Positions 51,009 to 56,242 of a DNA stretch of 56,242 bases are shown here, piece by piece. Position 1 is the first letter of the stretch. Each line of letters opens with the position of its first letter. Both the position numbers and the translations under genes were made by a program. The DNA is from Mycobacteriales bacterium (lineage in GTDB: Bacteria; Actinomycetota; Actinomycetes; Mycobacteriales; QHCD01): the NCBI GenBank assembly GCA_038253135.1, contig JBBSHJ010000006.1, positions 1 through 56,242 of the forward strand, written 5' to 3'. A model generated the notes under the pieces. It saw only the letters and a program-made list of their open reading frames with translations, was not told where the DNA came from and ran no database searches.

Positions 51009-52057
51009 CCGCTGGGCCGGGCCGGCCGTCCGCGGAGGTCACCCCGCCGCCGGCGGACCTGCTCGGCGGCCTTTCCGGGCTGGACCTGGGATCACCGGAC
51101 TTCGTCTCGATGGTGTGGGATCAGCTCGGCCGGATCGAAACGGCGCTGCGGGATGCCGTCCGCACCGACACTCCCGTGGTCGCCGAGCCGGCGGGGCACC
51201 TTGTCGCCGCGGGCGGCAAGCGGTTCCGGCCGCTGCTCGTCGTGCTGGCCGCGCATTTCGGTGATCCCGCCGGCCGGCATGTGGAGCCGGCCGCTGTCGT
51301 CGTCGAGCTCACCCACCTCGCGACGCTGTACCACGACGACGTGATGGACGAGGCGGCCGTGCGCCGTGGTGCACCGTCCGCGAACTCCCGCTGGACCAAC
51401 AGCGTCGCGATCCTGACCGGCGACTTCCTTTTCGCCCGCGCCTCGCACATCACCGCCGACCTCGGTCCCGACGCGGTCCGGTTGCTGTCGCGCACCTTTG
51501 AACGGCTGGTCACGGGTCAGATCCGGGAGACGACCCCCGCACCGGCGGGCACCGAGCCGGTGGCCCACTACCTGGGAGTGCTCGGTGACAAGACGGGCTC
51601 GCTGATGGTGACGTCGGCGCAGTTCGGTGCCGAGTTCGGCGGCGCCGACCCGGCGCTGGTCGCGCCGCTGAAGGAGTACGGCGAGGCGATCGGCATCGCC
51701 TTCCAGCTCTCGGACGACCTGCTGGACATCGCGTCGGAGTCGAGTGAGTCGGGCAAGACGCCGGGCACGGATCTGCGCGAGGGCGTGCACACCCTGCCCG
51801 TGCTCTACGCGCTGAGCTCGACCGATCCGGCCGAGGCCAGGCTGCGCGAGCTGCTGTCCTCGGGCCCGCTCGTGGACGACGCCGATCACGCCGAGGCGCT
51901 CGACCTGCTGCGCCGCTCGCCGGCGATGGGGCAGGCGCGGATGATCGTCCGCGAGTACGCCGATCGCGCGGCCGCGATCGCGGCCGCATTGCCCGACGTA
52001 CCCGCCCGCCGGGCGCTGACCGGCCTGGCCGACTACGTGGTCGCGCGCAGCGCCTGA
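51005..52057 (+). CDS. Trans-polyprenyl diphosphate synthase (menaquinone side chain)
   Basis: AGGKRFRP, LYHDDVMD, FQLSDDLLD, GKTPGTDLREG; GTGA overlap with nuoN. Confidence 0.93.
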   Translation: MTAGPGRPSAEVTPPPADLLGGLSGLDLGSPDFVSMVWDQLGRIETALRDAVRTDTPVVAEPAGHLVAAGGKRFRPLLVVLAAHFGDPAGRHVEPAAVVVELTHLATLYHDDVMDEAAVRRGAPSANSRWTNSVAILTGDFLFARASHITADLGPDAVRLLSRTFERLVTGQIRETTPAPAGTEPVAHYLGVLGDKTGSLMVTSAQFGAEFGGADPALVAPLKEYGEAIGIAFQLSDDLLDIASESSESGKTPGTDLREGVHTLPVLYALSSTDPAEARLRELLSSGPLVDDADHAEALDLLRRSPAMGQARMIVREYADRAAAIAAALPDVPARRALTGLADYVVARSA

Positions 52058-52091
52058 CCGCCGACCGCGCATCCGACCTCTCTCCGGATGC

Positions 52092-53858
52092 TCAGCCGGC
52101 CCGCGTGTAGTTGGCGACCGTGCGCTCGAGCCCGCCGGGCCTCGAGCGCAGCAGCCAGGCCGTCCTCAGCTCCTCGATCAGCTCGGGCGGCAGCCCGGGA
52201 TCGCCTTGGGGATGCCCACCCTCGACCGGCAGCAGCGTCGCGGCGTACCGCGCGATGTGCGTCGCCACGGTGAGCTCACGGCGTACGACGTCGGCGTCGG
52301 CGCACCGTGCCGGCGCGGCGGCGATGGCCGAAAGGGCCCGGTCGTACGTCGCGAGCAGCTGGTCGATGCGTTCGGGTGGGAAGGTCGGCAGCTCCTTCTT
52401 ACGGGCCGTGAGCGCGCGGAAGCTGAGGGTTGTGTACGCCGGGACGCCGTCGGGAATCCGCCACGCCGTGCCGAGCTCGACCAACGCCCGACCCAGCGCT
52501 GCACTGGGGTCGTCGAAGACGTTCCGGCTCAGCGCGTCGGCGAGATCGACATCCTTGTTGGCCTGAAGGCACCAGCTGGCACCGCCGGCGAAGACGATCG
52601 GCCCGAAGCTGACCTCGGGCGGCTCGATCCGGCCGAAATCGCCCCAATCGGTGATCATGAAGCCGGTCGAGGAATGCGCGAGGCCGACCTGGGCAGCGTC
52701 GATGACATTGGCCCGCGAGTTGTCGATCTTGCCGAGCAACGTGCTCCAGGCCGAGGTACCGGCGGCCACCCAGAACGCAATGCCATTGTCCGCCAGGGGT
52801 TTCACATTGCCCGCGAAACCCTCGGTGTGCGCGCCGACGTCGACGCCGAAGGCCTCGAGCTCTGCGGCCATCCTCGCGTCGGCCTCGCTCGGCTCCCTCG
52901 GCTCCCTCGGCTCCCTCGGCTCCCTCGGCTCCCTCGGCTCGGGAGCGTCGTACGTCCAGGCCACCGGTGTCGGCTGCCCGCCGAATTCCCGATACAGCGT
53001 CGGATCGCCGCGGATCACGTCGGCCCAGAACTGCACGTCGTACCCCTCCGCGGCCAGCGGGTCGATGATCTTCTTCATGTGATCGACGTAGACCCGGCCG
53101 CGGCCGCGCGCCTCGACGTCGGCCTTGCTCTTGCCCAGGCCGAGCTCGAAGGTCTCGTCGCCGCCGATATTGATCTTGCGGCTGCGCGTGATGCCCAGCA
53201 GCTCGTGGGCGAGCTCGAGCACCAGCTCCGCGTTCTCGTCGGTCGGCGCCAGCAGGCTGGCCGGGTGGTGCCCGCCCCAGATGTCGAAGCCGTCCGGCTT
53301 TTCCGCGCGGCGGCGGTACGACGGGTGCTCCAGCCAGCGCTCGAAGTGCCCGAAGGAGTTGATATTGACGACCAGCTCGATGCCGTGCTCTTCACACAAT
53401 GCGTCGAGCCAGCGGATGTCGTCGGCGGTCATCGGTGACGCGTCGCGCCAGACCTCTTCGTGGTTGGCGTAGGCGAACGTGTGCTCGGTGTACAGCTGCA
53501 ACTGCGTGTAGCGCGCCATCGCGCAGATCTCGACGTACCGCTCCAGGCACTCGCGGGTCGGGACCCGGTTGCGGCTGATGTCGAGCATGTAGATCCGCGT
53601 CGCGAAGTCCGGCCAGTCCTCGATCCGGACGGCCGGCGCGGCGGTTCCGGGCGCCTGCAGCTGCGCGAGCGTCTGCCGGGCATAGCGCAGGCCGGCGCCG
53701 TCGCGATGCTCGATGCGCACGCCGTCCGCCCCGGCGGTGAGCCGGTAACCCTGCTCGGGCAGGGTTGAATCCTCGGCGATCCGCGGTTCGGCGGACAGCT
53801 CGGCCGTGCCGCCGGTCTCGACGACGGAACGGGGGAAGGGAAAGATCGAAGGCGCCAT
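52092..53858 (-). CDS. Glycoside hydrolase family 20-like (beta-hexosaminidase-like)
   Basis: QGYRL, IEDWPDFATRIYMLDISR, NSFGH, NIGGDETFE (catalytic DE), MITDWGDFG; no signal peptide. Confidence 0.85.
   Translation of the reverse strand: MAPSIFPFPRSVVETGGTAELSAEPRIAEDSTLPEQGYRLTAGADGVRIEHRDGAGLRYARQTLAQLQAPGTAAPAVRIEDWPDFATRIYMLDISRNRVPTRECLERYVEICAMARYTQLQLYTEHTFAYANHEEVWRDASPMTADDIRWLDALCEEHGIELVVNINSFGHFERWLEHPSYRRRAEKPDGFDIWGGHHPASLLAPTDENAELVLELAHELLGITRSRKINIGGDETFELGLGKSKADVEARGRGRVYVDHMKKIIDPLAAEGYDVQFWADVIRGDPTLYREFGGQPTPVAWTYDAPEPREPREPREPREPREPSEADARMAAELEAFGVDVGAHTEGFAGNVKPLADNGIAFWVAAGTSAWSTLLGKIDNSRANVIDAAQVGLAHSSTGFMITDWGDFGRIEPPEVSFGPIVFAGGASWCLQANKDVDLADALSRNVFDDPSAALGRALVELGTAWRIPDGVPAYTTLSFRALTARKKELPTFPPERIDQLLATYDRALSAIAAAPARCADADVVRRELTVATHIARYAATLLPVEGGHPQGDPGLPPELIEELRTAWLLRSRPGGLERTVANYTRAG
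52888..52940 (-). repeat. 9-bp in-frame tandem repeat, about 6 copies, in the GH20 gene
   Basis: CTCGGCTCC units encode (EPR)5-EPS. Confidence 0.95.
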
Positions 53859-53975
53859 GAAGGGAATCTAGTGCCCGGCTCCCGACCCGCGATACGGCAG
53901 CAGGGGGTGCGTCCGGACGTCAGTGCCGTACGGCGACCGTGCGGACCTCCAACGTCACCGGCGAAATGGAGCGGA

Positions 53976-54299
53976 TCACCTCGGGCATCCGGACGTCGGG
54001 ATCGTCGTACGCCGCCGCGACGGATCCGCGCGACGCGTCCCGGTCGCGCAGCACGCGGGCCACGCCGTCGGGCCTGTCGCGGGCGGCTTCGGTCGGCGGC
54101 CCGCGACCTGTTGCAGGCCGAAACCCAGCTCCTTGAGCGCGACGATCCGGTTCAGCTGAGGCAGCTGGGCGGCATCGTAGTAGCGGTACCCGGTCGACGG
54201 ATCGACCAGCGCCGGCCGCAGCAGCCCGATGCCGTCGTAGTGCCGGAGCATCCGCACCGAGACCCGGCCGTGCCGGGCGAAGTCACCAATGCTGAACAT
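53976..54299 (-). pseudogene. Truncated MerR-family regulator (HTH domain only)
   Basis: MFSIGDFARHGRVSVRMLRHYD...TGYRYY...LNRIVALKELGFGLQQV, then an abrupt switch to unrelated sequence at about 54105. Confidence 0.8.
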
Positions 54300-54306
54300 G
54301 GTTGTC

Positions 54307-54337
54307 TGTCTACGCCATGACACCGTGTCAGGGTCAA
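54307..54337 (-). promoter_or_regulatory. MerR-type promoter/operator
   Basis: TTGACC-19 nt-TAGACA-7 nt-ATG with perfect dyad TGACAC-G-GTGTCA in the spacer. Confidence 0.75.
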
Positions 54338-54355
54338 CCGATCACCGATCACCGA

Positions 54356-54730
54356 TCACTCGGGAGCACGCTGCAACCATAGAACACCTCCCGTTATTGC
54401 GCTGAGGTCGCTGGTGCACGCGTGGTCGAGGGCCGTGATCAAGCGGCCGAGAAATCGTCGGTCTCGAGAAAACGCAGCGTCGGAGGTGTAGATCAGTGCG
54501 GGCACCGGTTCGTCCACGGCCGTCCGGTGGCGGCGAAGTCGCTCGAAGTCGACCACATTGTTGGTGACCACTGCGCGATCCTCGGTGAGGGCGTGGGCGA
54601 GCAGATCCTCGTCGGAGCTCTCCCGTAGGGCCAGGTCGTCCACAACGGCAACGCAATCATGGCCGCGGGCGGTGAGCTCGGTGGCAATGCTCGGGTGAAA
54701 CATCTCATCCAGCAGCAGGCGAGGACTCAC
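54356..54730 (-). CDS. DUF5615/PIN-like putative toxin
   Basis: RLLLDEM, RGHDCVAV, SDEDLL, AVVTNNVVDF acidic PIN pattern; GTGA overlap with the upstream gene. Confidence 0.85.
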   Translation of the reverse strand: MSPRLLLDEMFHPSIATELTARGHDCVAVVDDLALRESSDEDLLAHALTEDRAVVTNNVVDFERLRRHRTAVDEPVPALIYTSDAAFSRDRRFLGRLITALDHACTSDLSAITGGVLWLQRAPE

Positions 54731-55212
54731 CGGCCAAGGATGGCTTGCTCGCGGTGCCAGCGGTTTTCGGCCTCAGCGGCTTCGGAGTCGGCGCGGACAA
54801 TCCAGCCATCGATCTCGGCCGGAAACGTCACCCAATACTCAATGGCGCCCCGGACCAGCCGCGCGGGGACTCCGCTGGTGTCAGCGACCAGGCCAACCAC
54901 GCCCTCGACGTCGAGGCCGGGCTCCGCCGATCTGGCACTGCGCACCGCCCGAGCCACCTCCCACACGTCCGGCCCGCCGATGAGCCGGGGCCGCCGGCCG
55001 CCCGGACCGTCGCGGAAGACGATCATTGGATGGTCCTGGCTGCGCAACGCCTCGTCGACTAAGAGATTGGTGGCGGCCGAGGCACTAAGCCCCGGGTGGG
55101 CCGCGACAAACCGGGAGAGCCGCGCCGCCACGGCTGGGTCAAAGCGCACGGATGCTGGAGAGGCCACGCCTACAGTGTAGGCGCCTGTCGTCGAGTCGAC
55201 AGCCTGGCTCAC
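54727..55212 (-). CDS. Putative antitoxin (RHH-like N-terminus plus DUF433-like region)
   Basis: SVRFD...LVDEALR, HPMIVFRDGPGGRR, GGPDVWEV; directly upstream of the PIN gene. True start may be the GTG near 55167. Confidence 0.75.
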   Translation of the reverse strand: MSQAVDSTTGAYTVGVASPASVRFDPAVAARLSRFVAAHPGLSASAATNLLVDEALRSQDHPMIVFRDGPGGRRPRLIGGPDVWEVARAVRSARSAEPGLDVEGVVGLVADTSGVPARLVRGAIEYWVTFPAEIDGWIVRADSEAAEAENRWHREQAILGR

Positions 55213-55590
55213 GAGAGGGTCGCGAGCGCCTTGGCTAGATCGGCCTGCTCAGCGGCGAAATCGCGCGGGCGGGGATGATCGGGAGTGTGTCGAGCACCAG
55301 GTAGTCGTAGCCCAGGGCGTCCAACTCCGCGATGTCGGCGCATATTTGCTCGAGTGTGCCGACGCCGTAGGCGCGGTCGCGCGGTGCCGCGCTTTCGGCA
55401 AGCTGCAGTTTGATCCGTGGCGCCAGCGCTGGTCGCGGGCGCCCGAGACCGGCGGCTGCGAGAGCCGGTACGCCGTGTTTCTGCAGCCAGCCGCGGGGCG
55501 GGTTGATCGGGTGCCACGTGTCGGCGTAGTGGGCGACCCGCCGAATCCCCGCGGCGCTCTCGCCGCCGACCCAGATCGGTAGCCGACCGC
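55209..55590 (-). pseudogene. 3' remnant of an LLM-class (F420-type) oxidoreductase
   Basis: Hand translation LPIWVGGESAAGIRRVAHYADTWHP...GTLEQICADIAELDALGYDYLVLDT; no 5' half; apparent frameshift near 55285. Confidence 0.75.
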
Positions 55591-55595
55591 CACTA

Positions 55596-55738
55596 CGACG
55601 TGACCGGATTAGTGGACGTCACCGAGCCCGCAGAAGGATCGGCCGAGAATGCTGTCGGAGATGTCCAGCAGCAGGTCGATGTCTTGCGACGTGGCCTCGC
55701 CGCGCTCGAGCCTGGTCGTTGATCTGGACATACCAGAA
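55596..55738 (-). pseudogene. Degraded internal fragment of a nuoF homolog
   Basis: [47 protein letters not shown] versus Nuo[49 protein letters not shown] (39588-39731); two frameshifts. Confidence 0.9.
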
Positions 55739-55828
55739 GGCCCATCATGATTCCTCCCTCATCTCCGCCCCACGCGGCCCGAGATCCCCGACGACCACGG
55801 CCAGCCGCCGCGCTGCAAGGATGGATCC

Positions 55829-56242
55829 ATGCGGTACGTCGTGGTGGGCGCGGGAGCGGTCGGCGGCACGATCGGCGGGCGGCTCGCCCAGCACGGCCAT
55901 GACGTGGTCCTCGTGGCTCGGGGCGCGCACGCCACCGCGCTGCGGGAGCGTGGCCTGGAGCTGCGCACCCCCGACGGCGTGCACCACGTCCGCACCGAAG
56001 TTGCGGACGGCGTACCGTCGCTGCGTCTGCGCCCCGGCGACGTCGCGATCCTGGCCACCAAGTCACAGCATTCAACGGCCGCACTTGCCGATCTGGCGGC
56101 GCTGTCGATCGATGGTGAGCCGGCTAGCGAGATCGTGCCGATCGCCTGCGCGCAGAACGGCGTCGACAACGAGCGGCTGGCGCTGCGGCTGTTCCGGCGC
56201 GTGTACGGCGTCTACGTTGCCCTGCCCGCGACGCACCTCCAG
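55829..56242 (+). CDS. Ketopantoate reductase (PanE/ApbA) family protein, 3' end outside window
   Basis: MRYVVVGAGAVGGTIG, VARGAH, LATKSQ, AQNGVDNE. Confidence 0.88.
   Translation, partial: MRYVVVGAGAVGGTIGGRLAQHGHDVVLVARGAHATALRERGLELRTPDGVHHVRTEVADGVPSLRLRPGDVAILATKSQHSTAALADLAALSIDGEPASEIVPIACAQNGVDNERLALRLFRRVYGVYVALPATHLQ

Noticed and set aside
53859-55828. Prophage or IS element in the right-hand accessory patch
   Set aside because: No integrase, transposase, terminal inverted repeats or tRNA target found.

Overview
High-GC actinobacterial chromosome segment carrying the conserved respiratory cluster: thyA, an SSADH-like dehydrogenase and sodA; the rex-hemACDBL-phosphatase-resA-ccdA-resB-ccsB operon; a MinD/ParA-like ATPase, bldC, two DUF402 genes and proS; menE/C/D/F/G/J; nuoA-N and a polyprenyl synthase. 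The right end is a decayed accessory patch: GH20, truncated merR, a PIN-type TA pair, LLM and nuoF fragments, and a panE-like gene. I found no tRNA, rRNA, CRISPR array or transposase. The most notable feature lies below the 60-aa ORF cutoff. At least seven operon junctions are filled by mini-ORFs of 8-59 aa whose start overlaps the upstream stop and whose stop overlaps the downstream start. Most belong to one modular repeat family (VRRLTRERAS...RAATEEVA) that also supplies the downstream Shine-Dalgarno, an architecture resembling mycobacterial MIRUs. Also seen: two Rex operators, a SoxR-like promoter at sodA, and an inverted, degraded second copy of part of nuoF. All calls come from reading motifs and gene order by eye; no searches were run.
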